Below are positions 50,223-62,772 of a DNA stretch of 64,000 nucleotides, one piece after another. Below the pieces are notes generated by a model, which was not told the origin of the DNA, searched no databases, and saw only the letters and a list, made by a program, of their open reading frames with translations. Position 1 is the stretch's first letter; every line of letters starts with the position of its first letter. Source of the stretch: Octopus bimaculoides (lineage: Eukaryota); NCBI RefSeq assembly GCF_001194135.2, contig NC_068996.1, positions 49,826,309-49,890,308 on the forward strand, read 5' to 3'. Position numbers and translations under genes: made by a program.

Positions 50223-51129
50223 TCCTTAAGGTCAACTTTGCCTTTCACTCTTCTGGCATTGAATAAAGTTTCTGCCAAGTACTGGAGTTGATTTGATCAA
50301 CTATTCCATCCCCACAAAATTTCTTCCTGGCCTTCATCATCATCATCACCAGCAGGATTTAACATTTGTTTTACATGCTGGCATGGGTTGGACAGTTTGA
50401 CAGGAGCTGGTAAACCAGAGAACTGTGCCAGGCTCCAGTTGTCCATTTTGGTATGGTTTCTATGGTTGGATACCCTTCCTAATGCCAACCACTTTACAGA
50501 GTGTACAGGGTGCTTCTTATGTGGTGCCAACACAGGTGTTTTTTGTTTTTTATGTGCCACCAGCACAAGTGCACTTTATGTGGCGCTGGCATGAGTGCCG
50601 TTTATGTTGCATGTTGCCGATTATATATGAAATAGTTAGACTTTTTTCTACAGCTATTTAAAACTTAATCTTAATGATATTTCAAATAGCTTTCAGGCAT
50701 AGCTATGTGGTGACAAAGTTCAATTTGGAACTAAGTGATTCGGGATTCAATCTCAGTGCATGACACCATGGCAAGTCTATTTTACTGTAGCATCAGATTA
50801 ACCAATATCTTTTGCATTAATTTTGATAACTGGAAACTGTGCTTTGTTTTATGTCTGTCTGTGCGTATGTGTATGTATGAAAACACATGCTTGTGTATAC
50901 AGTTACGTCCCTTTACACAAAAACGTAAAAAGTAGACAGCCAATAAACAGAGATTCATATTACATTGAATAAAGTAAATGGATGGTTAACTAAAATATGG
51001 CTGACTAAAACCCCCTGAAACTGCGCCCCAGGAGGGCCACAGAATCCAGTGACTGTGGCCAGTAAAAGAAAACGATATAATAAGAAAAACAAAATCATAC
51101 TTGAGTAATAGTAATGATTGCTTTATGGA

Positions 51130-52260
51130 GACAAAGGAGTTAAGTCCATTAAATTAACCCCAGTACTTGATTAGTATTTTATTTTATTGACACCCCCCTT
51201 ACCCCCAACTGGAAGGATGACAGGCAAAAATTGACCATAGAGGGATTTGAACTCAGAGAGCAAAAAGCAATTTTGAAAGGAGGGGTTAGTCAGTTACATC
51301 AACCATAGTACTAGAGCGGTAGTTTATTTTATCAACCTCGGAGACATAAAAGGTAAAATTGATCCCACAAGGGCAGCCATTTTGGGGTAGGGGATGAATC
51401 AATTACATTGACTCCAGTATTTCACTAGTACTTAATTTATCGACCACGAAAGGATGAAAGGTAAAGTAGACCTTGGTGGAATTTGAACTCAGAACATAGC
51501 AATGGGTGAAATACTGCTAAGCATTTTGACTGGTGTGCTAACGTTTCTGCCAGCTCGCCACTTTAATAATAATTCTTTTCTACTCTAGGCACAAGGTCCA
51601 AAATTTTTGGGGAGGGGGCCAGTCAATTAGATCAACCCCAGTACGCAACTGGCACTTAATTTATCGACCCCAAAAGGATGAAAGGCAAAGTCGACCTCGG
51701 AGGAATTTGAACTCAGAACATAAAGACAGGCGAAATACCACTTAGCATTTCGCCTGGCGTGCTAACAATGATAATAAATCCTTTCTACCATAGGCACAAG
51801 GCCTGTAATTTGGGAGAGGGGAAGCCAGTTGATTAAATTGACCCCAGTACGCAACTGGTACTTAATTTATCAACCCCAAAAGGATGAAAGGCAAAGTCGA
51901 CCTCAGTGGAATTTGAACTCAAAACGTGAAGATGGACGAAATGCTAAACATTTTGCCTGGCCTGCTAATGATTCTGCCAGCTCACCACCTTAATAATAAC
52001 AATAATAATAATAACAATAATAATAATAATAATAACAATAACAATCCTTTCTACTAAAGGCACAAGGCCTGAAATTTGTGGGGAGGGGACTAGTCGATTA
52101 CAATGATCCCAAATGTTTCAGTGGTACTTAATTTATCGACCCTGAAAGGATGAAAAGCAAAGTCAACCTCAGCGGAATTTGAACTCAGAATGTAGCAATG
52201 GACGAAATGCCGCTAAGCAGTTTGTCCGGAGAAGCTAGCAATTCTGCCAGCTGGCTGCCT
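51130..52260 (-). mobile_element. Head-to-tail array of about 6 SINE-A copies (4 near-complete, 2 partial) separated by (TAA)n
   Basis: Units approx. 52045-52260, 51777-51990, 51572-51766, 51365-51562, 51270-51365, 51130-51258. Confidence 0.88.
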
Positions 52261-52310
52261 TAATAATAACAACAACAACACCAACAGTAACAATAACTTG
52301 TAAAACATAC

Positions 52311-52440
52311 CCTCATAAGTTCTTGTTTCTGTTTTTCTTCTGTATTCAAGCATTTTTTCGTCTGTTTTATTTCATTCATTATAGCTTGAGCTTCATCTAT
52401 TGTAAAGCCACCATCCATTCGCGATAATTTCTGATCAACA
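52311..52440 (-). CDS. KIBRA: KIBRA exon (130 nt): VDQKLSRMDGGFTIDEAQAIMNEIKQTKKCLNTEEKQKQELMR
   Basis: Acceptor ttttgtag, donor gtatgt; phase 2 to 0; aligns to WWC1 IDKKMSDAQGSYKLDEAQAVLRE. Confidence 0.92.
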
Positions 52441-52571
52441 CTACAAAAGTAGAAGTCATTACATCAATTTGGTTTGTTTGTCTTCAATAGTAAATGAAAT
52501 GATTATAACTCTCTTAAATTATATATATTACAAAACATTTCAACTACAAATGCTTATCATGCTACTAATAG

Positions 52572-52880
52572 TTTCAACGATTAGCTGGAGATGATTTTTA
52601 AAATGAGAATATCTGAAATAAATTCGACTGCTCTCAAATGAGAATACTAAAAATGAACCCAACCACTCTCAAAAATTAAGTAAAAATACAGGAAAAATAA
52701 TCCAGAATCCTTGTCCAGTACCAGATCAATCCCAAAGTCTAATCAGTTCATGCCAATCATGAGGCCAAACATCTCTGGATGTTGCATCCGAATCCATCCA
52801 GCGGTTCTTGAGATATCTTATCCACGGACAAACAAACACGATTGAAAACAATACCTCCGCCTTCGCTAAGGTGGTAATAA
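52572..52880 (-). mobile_element. Non-autonomous Helentron-like (HINE-type) element, copy 2
   Basis: Reverse complement of the body of 960-1263; retains a 5' hairpin around cctccgcc that copy 1 has lost. Confidence 0.55.
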
Positions 52881-53345
52881 CAGAAATATTGTTGTCCAGG
52901 GAGAGTCATAAGTAAAATAAAAGAGAATATTTTAAAAAAAAGTTACTATAAATTTCACAATTTATTCAAAAAATTGGAAAGTATTTAGATTTTATTTTAC
53001 CAAATTCACTCACAAAGCTTTGGTCAGCCTGTGGCTATAGTAGAAGACACTTGCCCAAGGTGCCATGCAGTGGGACTGAACCCAGAACCATGTGGTTGGG
53101 AAGCAAGCTTCTTACCACACAAGATCTGTGTAATTAATTATTCTTTAACTGGCTTTAGCCAGTGGACAGTGGTCATGACAAGGCACTGCTTTCGGTGGTT
53201 TATTTGATAAAATCAATTCTTGTACATTTTTTCTCTTTAAAGTTTAGTAGTTCTTATATCAGGCACGTTTTGCTGAATTGCTAAGTCATACGGATATAAA
53301 CAACACAGGTTGTCAGATGTTGGAGAACCCAAAGACATACACATA

Positions 53346-53754
53346 TGAGGGAGTGCTGAAAAGCTGCTGGCTTTAAGGGTATTGTGAAAGACCTGGTTGG
53401 AGACCCAACCTTCTGAATTTCTTTACAGCGCTTCGAAAAACTGAAGGACCTGAGAAAGGAATATGTTGAATAAAATCACAACTGATCCTCCTGTATTTTA
53501 TTTTACTCAAAGCCAGGAACTTTCAGCACCCCTTGTGTATGTGTGTATGTGTGTGTGTGTTTTTATATGAGGGGATACTGAAAAGTTCCTGGATTTAAGG
53601 GTATCATGAAAGGCCTGGCTGAGGCCCAACCTTCTGAGTTCTTTTACAGGGCTTAAAACTGAAGGACTACAGCAATAAGTATGTGAATGAAATCATGACT
53701 GATCCTTCTGTATTTTCTTTTACCCAAAGCCAGGAGCTTTTCAGCACACCCTCG
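53346..53754 (+). mobile_element. Two tandem mariner-type MITE copies (53346-53537, 53568-53754)
   Basis: Same element as 10398-10616, separated by a (TG)n tract. Confidence 0.78.
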
Positions 53755-54222
53755 TACATACACACACACACACATATATATATAAATAAATATACACATA
53801 TACATAAATACATACAAAGACAGCTGAAGGAGGGATGCATATATTTGAAGTTCTTGTCCACTTTGAACCTTTTTTTATCTTTTGTTCTTGTTCAAAGCTA
53901 CCCTTCATTGAAATTCCAGTTCTTACTGGGTTGAACTTGTTTAGGGAATTCCTTAGTTTCTTGGTTTATGGCGGTTTCAATGTATATATTACATCATACA
54001 TTGATACAGCATGATTATCCTTCATTGGGACTCTAATGTTAAACAAGGGTACTACACTCGTTTAGGAATTTCTTGAGGTTTTATTGAATATACATACATA
54101 CATACGCACTCCAACACACACATGGCTTAGTGGTCACAACTGTGAGATCATGGTTTCAATTCCCTGACTGGGCAGTACACAGCAATCTTAAGCAAAACAC
54201 TTCCTTTCATACTGCTCTAGTG

Positions 54223-54449
54223 CAGTGGTTCCTAAACATTTTCAGGCTGCTGTCCCCTTGGTTCTAAGGCTTCATTCCTAGTACCCCACCCCACCCCACA
54301 CACTCACCATCACTGACATAGACCATTTTTTGTAAACATCCATTGTGTTGTTTTGGTCACCCCATCTTTTTTCGATGCTCCCCCCCACTGGATCTTTCCA
54401 TTGCCCTCCACCAGGGGGTGGGCAGTGCCACCCACTTTGGGAACTAATG
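54223..54449. mobile_element. hAT (Charlie-like) MITE with 8-bp TSD, nested in SINE-D
   Basis: TSD ctctagtg at 54215-54222 and 54450-54457; TIR cagtggttcctaaa / tttgggaactaatg. Confidence 0.85.
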
Positions 54450-55811
54450 CTCTAGTGCACTTACCTGTAAATAAGTAACTCTATGATAGACTGATGCTCT
54501 GAACAAGAGGAATGCTAGCCTGCCTGCCTAAACAGTAAGGTGGCATCATTCAGAAGGTACAACAATGCAAGGAAGTACATTGTGACTAGACACCTGACAG
54601 CCTGGGTGATACAGTTGTGTGTGTATGTGTGTACACATGCATACACACACACACACACACACACACAGAGCTAGTTTGCATAGTTTCTGTTCATCAAATG
54701 CACTCATAAGGCATTTGTCAATCCAGAGCCACTGTGTAAGGCACTTACCCAAGGCTCAAGCAGTGCAACAGAACTCAGGGCCACAAGGTAACAAAGCAAA
54801 TTTTATATAATAATTATTTTATGGTTATTATATATAATAATTCTATCATCATCATCATCATTGTTTAACATCTGCTTTCCATGCTAGCATGTGTTGGACG
54901 ATTTGATTGAGGACTGGCAAGCCAGAAGGCTGCACTAGGCTCCAATCTGATTTGACAGAGTTTCTACATCTGGATGCCCTTCCTAACGCCAACCACTCCG
55001 AGAGTGTAGTGGGTGCTTTTACATGCCACCGGCACGAGAGTCAGTCACGCGGTACTGGCAACGGCCACGTTCAAAAAGGTAAGATTTATATAAGCAACTC
55101 TAAAACCTGTTTATTACATGTTTGATTGTAAGTTTCCATCTGTTTCAGTTAATTGTACAATGAAGGAATATTTCTCCTCTGTAAATCTTAAGAAACATTA
55201 GTGTCAACTTCAGTGTAGAAGAAGATTTTATCACACTAATACTTTAGGTCAGTGTTCTTACATTATGATACTATATACTGTCTGAATTGCAACATGGAAG
55301 AAAAACAATGTATGGAAAAAAAATAAAGGGTTATGGTGAGCATAATCTGTAGGATATGCAATATTAAACTGTGCAGAAAAGCAAGTGGGTATTAAAACAG
55401 AGCAGCTAAACAGTGTTAGAGCACCAACTGCAGTGTTTATATAGTAATCATCATCCTCGTTTAATGTCGGTCTTCCATGCATGCATGGGTAGGACAGTTG
55501 ACAGGAGCCAACCAGGTAGAAAAACTGACCTATGCTACTCTGTTTTGGCAAGGATTTTATGGCTGTATGCCCTTCCTAACCCTAACCACTCTGTAGAGTG
55601 GATTCAGTACTTTTTACATGGCTCTTGCACAGGCAAGGTTAGTTTTGGCAAGATTTTTACAGCTGGATGCCTTTTCAAATACCAACCATTTTACAGAGTG
55701 GACCAGACGCTTTTTACGTGGCACAAGCACTGGCAGGGTCACCAAATAACTCACAAGACAAGGAATTATGAGAGGGGGAAGGGGGCATTTGAGGAGGGGG
55801 ACTTGTGTCAA

Positions 55812-56060
55812 AGGATGAAAGGTTAGAGTGTGATAAAGAGACAGAGAGAGGCAGCAGAAGCAAGTGTCTTGCCACAACAGAGGGGACATTAGAGGAGATG
55901 ATCCGGTATCAGAGGATGAAAGGTTAGAGTGTGACAAAGAGACAGAGAGAGGCAGAAGCAGGTGTCTTTCCACAACAGAGGAGACATTAGAGAAGATGAT
56001 CTGGTATCAGAGGATGAAAGGTTAGAGTGTGACAAAGAGACAGAAGCAGGTGTCTTGCTA
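55812..56060. repeat. Tandem repeat, about 100-bp unit, 2.5 copies
   Basis: aggatgaaaggttagagtgtga at 55812, 55913, 56011. Confidence 0.85.
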
Positions 56061-56694
56061 TAATGGAGGGAGCATTGGAGGAGGTGATCCGATATCAGAC
56101 ATGTGATGCAAGTTGATGAGAGGTACAAGGTGTAAAACTGTGAAGTGTTTTTGAAGATCAAGACAGTGGCAAAGAGGGAAGAAGTGGTGAATGCAGATAT
56201 CAGGATGTTTGTACCTCATAAGATGAAAACTGAGATGTGTGGTGATGAGTTGCAGGAAACAACAAAACCTATGCAGAATGGAAGGAGAGGAACATTGAAT
56301 ATACTGTTATTTCTCTCTCTATAACTACCTTCACTATCCATCATGCATATGTTCCCTATCCATCCTTCAATACTATACCCTACTCAATTCAGGGGTCTAG
56401 TGCTGATGTCATGAAAAAAAAAAGCACTCAGCACACTCTCATACCCACACAATCATTAGCATTGTTTTAATGAACACTTTTCCATGTTGGATTTACTTAG
56501 ACAGAATTCATGGAGGCAGATTTTCTTGAGGCAAATGCCCTTCCTAATATCAATTTTCACTTGCCTCCAAGCAAGGCAATATTTCCCCAGGGCTGGACAT
56601 ATTTCTATGAAAGGCAACACTTGCATGACGGTGACACTTGTTTACAATTCTCATACAACATCAAGACAAGGAGACGCACACACACACACACATA

Positions 56695-57157
56695 CCGGGT
56701 TTCAAATTATTAATGATGTAACACTTGTAAGTCCTTGGTTCTTTACAACTTCACGCTTAATTCATGACAGAGTATATTGAGAAACAGCCCTCAACTGACA
56801 TCTGTTGGCTCTCTTACATATCTTTGTAGAAGATGTAACAAATTTTTTCACAGATTGGTAATATCTTCCAATTATTTTAGAAAGTTCTAATGTTGATTTA
56901 CCTTTTGCAAGTTCAGAAATAACAATATTTCTCTGAAACAGTTAAATCACATTTACGACCCATAATTACACTCGTTAATAATCCGGAACACCAAAAGTTT
57001 ATGGAAATCATGCAAATGGTCGCAGTTTGTTTATTCTTGTGCAAAACCTAATGTTTTTTTTTACATACCATGCACATATAGCTGTTGCCATCATTCTGTG
57101 GAAATTTCATTGAATTCCAACAAAATTTTAAAATGTTACATCGTTAATAATTTGAAA
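56695..57157 (-). mobile_element. Tc1-like deletion derivative retaining TIRs and transposase N-terminus
   Basis: 24-bp TIR tttcaaattattaa(t/c)gatgtaaca at 56700-56723 and 57134-57157; ATG at 56963: MGRKCDLTVSEK..IVISELAKGKSTLELSKIIGRYYQSVKKFV (frameshift near codon 12). Confidence 0.8.
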
Positions 57158-57247
57158 TGCAGGTCTGGTGCTGCCTTCCAATTTGCCAGCCCTGGTCAAA
57201 CCATCCAACCCAAGCTAGTATGGACAACAGACATTAAATGATGATGA

Positions 57248-57250
<3 letters not shown>

Positions 57251-57335
<85 letters not shown>
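57251..57335. repeat. (TA)n-(CA)n microsatellite
   Basis: Direct reading; other long tracts: (TG)n 49344-49378, (CA)n 50185-50221, (GA)n 59137-59204, (TA)n 27529-27561 and 35675-35703. Confidence 0.95.
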
Positions 57336-57501
57336 TAAAATAAGTATATAAATATATATACAGTGGCTGAGTGGTTGGTGTTAGGAAGGGCATCCAGCTG
57401 TAAAAATCCTGCCATAAGTCACAAAAGTGTGGGGTAGGCTTCGGCCTGGCTGGTTCTTGTGGTACCGTCCCACCCATGCCAGCATGGAACATGGACGTTA
57501 A

Positions 57502-57533
<32 letters not shown>

Positions 57534-59133
57534 ACTCATTCATATGCATATATGCAAATACATACATTAATGCATATGTATATAGACACTCACATACACA
57601 CACAAGTAATAGTTTACTTCCTAGATTCCATCTTATAACACTTCTGAATTTACATTATTCCAATCCTCATTAGATTAATTAACATCACAGCTATAGATAA
57701 AACACTCAAGCATATAACAACATACCCACTTACCTATATTGCAACCAATCATGCTCCCAATAGCTGTGATGGATGTCAATAGATTGCTTTAGCTCTCACA
57801 CCGAAAAGGCCCAATCAAAAACATTCTAAAAGCCTCACTTATGGGAGGTCTACAGTTTATTTTCTCACTAACTTCTGAGCATGCCTTACAGTAAACTGAC
57901 AGGCCATTCCCTCCACCCTCTTTCCTCCTACATTAATCAATCTTAGAACACACAGACACATTTACTTAAAAAACATTCCACTTAGAGTTTAGTCATTCAC
58001 AGCCTTGTCACAATATTTGTAGAACATCTGTAATGTTTACAGAGGATGTGGAAATGAGATTGACAGGCAGCAGCCCAGCACTTTCAATCCAAGGGTTTTT
58101 TTTTTTTTAACCTAACAGTTACACAGTTATTTATAGCTCTATCCACTTCGAGTTAAACTGTTAAAAACGATTTTTTTCACGTTTCCATGTTTCTAAAGGC
58201 TTATGACAAACGATATATCATGTGATCAATTTGACCACTGGAAGTTGTTATACATCGCTGATCACAATGCACTTCATGTCATTTTGGCTTTTGAATGATG
58301 CCACCCTGCTGGGTAGGCAAACGGTGCAACACACTCCTTGATCGGAGAGCTACTCTGTCACAAGGTTATTCATTCACAGCTGAGTGGACTGGAGCGACAT
58401 GAAATGAAGTGCTTCAATTAAGAACACAATGTGCCACTCAGTCCAGGAACTAAACTCACAATCGCAATATGATCGTAATATCATTACAAATGATATATGA
58501 GCATATGCATGTATACGTACAGGTATGTGCATACCTACATCTACCTGTACATATAGATGCATATCTGGGTACAGGATGTCAAAAAACGTGGACAAAAAAG
58601 GAACAAGAACATAAACAAAGCACAAAAAACGGACTTTTTTTATGGACAACAGAATGAACACATAGGTCATCATCATCATCATTTTAACATTCTACTTTGC
58701 CATGCTTGCATAGGTCAGACGAAGATGCTGGCCAGACACTCTTCCAGTTCATCAAGCAACAACCAACCTGGATATGATTTACGAGATGAACTGGAAACAA
58801 ATGACACTGTTAGTAAAGCTATTGTTTACAAACCTATGTGTAGACTTGAGAAATACAAACTCACTCTCCCAAACACACATCACCATCATTATTATCATCG
58901 TCATTGTTGTTTTAGCATCCATTGTTCCATGCTTGCATGGGCCAGATGGAATTAGGTGAGGTAGATTTTTCTAAGGCCAGACATGTTTTCATGGAAGATT
59001 GGAAATGAATGACACTGTTTGTGTGTCAGTGACACTTGTTTACAACTGAGCCTTCTCCTATAGACCTGGACCAACCACAGACTTGTGAGTAGATTTTTGG
59101 TAGGTGCAAACTGAAAGAAACCAATCATGTGTA

Positions 59134-59205
<72 letters not shown>

Positions 59206-59689
59206 CGGGTATTTTCTTTGTGTCCACTGGTTTGTAAAGAACAGCTTTCTGATGATGTTGTTTGCTTGCAGTCCAGCATGAAAACATGTCTGGGTTATTT
59301 GTTGCTTGATAGACTGGGAGATTATTGCATCATTTGGAAACAAGTGGGAGCTGGAGACAGGGAGGGCATCTGGGTAATAAAGACATAACTGTGTCCCAAA
59401 GTATTCTTATCTGACCCATGAAAAAGTAGGCAGTGAAACAATGACAATGATAGATACATATGCATGTGTATGTGTACACACATACAGATAGATAGATCAA
59501 TAGATACATACGAATGTATATATATAGATACCTATGTATATTTATGTTATCTGTGTATATGTATGTATACACATATGTATATGTATGTATACCAGTGGCC
59601 AACTGCATACAATATGTATGTATACATATACATAGACACACAGGACAGTTAAATGCCATTATAAACTGTACAGTGAGGGTCAACTTTAA

Positions 59690-61900
59690 AATATTCCAAC
59701 ACCATCACTAACAAAAATTTACAAAGATTCTTTTCTAAATCATAATGGAAAATTAATAACCCTGAGATATGAAATCAAGGCTCAGAGTGAAAACTCCATT
59801 ATCAAGACAAAAATGTTACAGCAGGCCAGGATAAAATACTGCCATAAAACGGGCCCTTCCTAGGAAGATCTAAAATCATTCTGGTCTAACTAAGATTTGG
59901 AATGAGAGTAAGGATTTTAATTGGAGTGTGACATGGTTTGGTTCAAGAAATTGAGAATACTGTCAGCGTTAATAGTTACACATTCAATCTTAAAATTCAC
60001 CAATCCTGTGGGAAAATTAAATTATGGGAAGATATCAGGAAGAAACCTCATAGGCAGATATTGGTACAAGAAGTTGACTTTTTGTAGAAAGTCACTTATA
60101 CAAATGCTTGAAAAAGATAGACTTACAAACACTGCATTGGCTTAGAACTACAGAGGTTAACATTACATACAAATTGCACATAATCTGTCTGAGCCAATTC
60201 CTCCAAGACCATTGAGAGTTTAATGATAGTCACTGACAAGCTGACAAGTGGAAAGAAAGGAGTGTGGGGATGCATCAAACAAATGTTGGTAAATAAAGCT
60301 GTGCTGTCTGAAGAAAACAAAACCTTGTGACAGTATAGCTTGATTACAGAATGGCATTCAATTCCATTCTCCACTTATGGCAACTGAAGTTACTGCAGCT
60401 GGCAAAAGTACCTGCAACCTCAGTTGCTTCCATCAAAAGACTCACAAAGGCCTAATCCACAATTCTTACACTTGTAACTGAAAGTGGAACAATTGTCTCT
60501 ACAGACTGCTATTTGATATTAATATTGTTCCATTGCTAATGACTAATTTTATATTTGGTCTGGCAGCTATCTGCAATACTAGCGACTGATTAGTCACTGC
60601 TTTACTATATCAGTAGAAGCAAAGTCTGGTTAGCATGTGGTTATATTGGATACCAGTGGCCAATCACAATCGAATTCACAGAAATCACATGATAAAGCAA
60701 TTTCATTGCTGATATAGACATTTTTCATCTACTGCTGAGACTTCTGAGCTCTTTAGCACTATACACCTATATGAGATGATTTATCAAGACAAATATCACA
60801 GTATTACAGTGTTTTTACAAAATACCCATATTAAGTAGGATATAGAGATTGCTAATTGTCCCTGATATCATAAATATTTCCTAAGTAACAGTTAATCTAT
60901 GCTTCTGTTTATTTTGGCTCTAAATCAACAGTCATTTCATCATCATTTAACGTCCGCTCTCCATGCTAGCATGGGTTGGATGATTTGACTGAGGACTGGT
61001 GAACCAGATGGCTACACCAGGCTCCAATCTGATCTGGCAGAGTTTCTACAGCTGGATGCCCTTCCTAACGCCAACCACTCCGAGAGTGTAGTGAGTGCTT
61101 TTACATGCCACCGGCACGAAGGCCAGCCAGACGGTACTGACAACAGCCATGCTCAAAATGGTGTCTTTTACGTGCCACCTGCACAGGAGCCAGTCCAGCG
61201 GCACTGGCAACGACCTTCTTCGAATGTCTTTTCACATGCCACCGGCACAAGTGCCAGGAAGGCGACGTTGGTAACAATCATGCTCAAAGGTGCTATTTAC
61301 GTGCCGCCGGCATGGAAGCCAGACAGCTGGTGCTCTGGCAACGATCACGCTCGGACGGTGCTCTTAGTGCTCCACTGGTACAGGTGCCATCACGATTCTT
61401 CAAGTGTTTCACTACATTCCCTACTCAACAAAACAAGAACTGCTAATACCTGGGTATTGATGAAAATATATTGTACAAAGGTAATGTGAACAAGGACAGA
61501 GTAACCAAAGAATATAATACTAGACTTAAAAAGATATGGCAATTAGAGCTTTCCTAGTACAACAAAACACTATCCCACAATGCATTTGCAATACCCATAT
61601 TGATACCAACATTTGGGATTATAGACTGATCATCATTGGCGTCATTGTTTAACATCCACTTTCCATGCTGGCATGGGTTGGATGGTTTGACTGAGAACTG
61701 GTAAATCGGGAGGCCGTGCCAGGCACCAATCTGATTTGGCATGGTTTCTACAGCTGGATGTTCTTGCTAATGCCAACCACTCCAAGAGTGTAATTGGTGC
61801 TTTTTACATGCCACTGGCACAGGTGCCAGGCAAGCAGCACAGGCATTTATAGAAGAAATCTGTTCTGTAGATACAAGATCCTGGTATCGACTGCAAATTT
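59690..61900 (+). mobile_element. R4/Dong-like (RLE-type) non-LTR retrotransposon RT remnant, interrupted by family-B insertions
   Basis: KISGRNLIGRYWYKKLT; GCIKQMLVNKAV...LDYRMAFNSILHLW; FIADIDIF; 61447-61626 YLGIDENILYKGNVNKDRVTKEYNTRLKKIWQLELS*YNKTLSHNAFAIPILIPTFGIID. Confidence 0.8.
60935..61400 (-). mobile_element. RTE 3'-UTR fragment (family B), longest UTR copy, inserted in the R4-like remnant
   Basis: Same sequence as 16165-16475 but extends further 5'. Confidence 0.88.
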
Positions 61901-61954
61901 CCAGAGAAGCAGTGATATTGACAGATTTCATTTCAGAACATAAGAGAGATGTAA

Positions 61955-62650
61955 AAGTTCCTTCCTAGAAAGAGCTAAAATCATTCTGGTATAAGACCTG
62001 GAATGAGAGTAAGGATTTTAACTGGAGTGTGACATGGCTTGCACAATAAATTGCGAATACTGTCAGCATTAATAATTATACATTCAATCTTAAAATTCAC
62101 TTAATCTTGTGGGAAAGCTAAATTATGAGAAGATACCAGGAGGAAACCTCATAGGCAGATATCAGTACAAGCTGACTTTTAGTAGAAAGTTGTCATTGTT
62201 ATCATCATAATCATCGCTTAATGTCCACCTTCCATGCTGGCATGGGTGGGATGATTTGACAAGAGCTGGCCAAGCAGAAGCCTGCACCAGAATTCTGTGA
62301 CTATTTTGGCAGGATTTTTACAGCTGGATGTCCTTCCTAACACCAACCACTCAGCAGAGTGGACTTAGTGCTTTTTATGTGGTACCAGCACAGGCGAGGT
62401 CAGTTTTGACAAGGTTTTTGCAACTCGATGCCCTTCCAAATGCTAACCACTTGGTGCTTTTTCTGTGGCACCTGCACTGGCAGGGTCACCAAGTAACTTG
62501 CAAGACAAAAATCTTTTGATACTTATACAAATGCTTAAAAAAACTATGGAAGGCCATAAGAGAGATGTATGAGAAGAAGCTTAAGATTAGTAGACAGCCT
62601 TTGAATGCTGTATGACATTGCTCAGGCAACACTTGTTAGACAAAGGCACT
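61955..62650 (+). mobile_element. Second R4/Dong-like fragment (duplicate of 59855-60120), split by a 330-bp insertion
   Basis: Direct similarity to 59855-60120; resumes at acttatacaaatgc (62521). Confidence 0.75.
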
Positions 62651-62665
62651 ATACCATATGCCCGT

Positions 62666-62736
62666 GGGCATATGGCGTAGTGGTTAAGAACGTGGGCTAC
62701 TAACCCCAAGATTCCGAGTTCGATTCCAGGCAGTGA

Positions 62737-62772
<36 letters not shown>

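Larger units (their letters stand above)
2260..52440 (-). other. KIBRA: KIBRA/WWC-family gene span (5' part with WW domains outside the window)
   Basis: Hand-spliced exons give one open frame with recognisable WWC motifs: DEAQAI..E.K, SQTDIS, KEKEQLLREL, SAAVSDESVTGDSGVFEAS, C2 domain, KEESSDESTIISSQTSTLTR, RRSQTFSP, LNRSDSDSS, RTSVDLELDLQA, ELPSWL. Order matches my recollection of human WWC1. Confidence 0.95.

Noticed and set aside
51130-52260. CRISPR-like array
   Set aside because: Eukaryotic context; units are ~210-bp SINEs with microsatellite linkers, not short repeats with unique spacers.
57196-59711. ORFs rich in YI, SL, ER or H repeats
   Set aside because: Translations of microsatellites and SINE bodies.
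62666-62735. tRNA gene
   Set aside because: Has boxes A and B, but the acceptor stem does not pair and it continues into a repeat body; treated as a SINE head, like the other tRNA-like heads.
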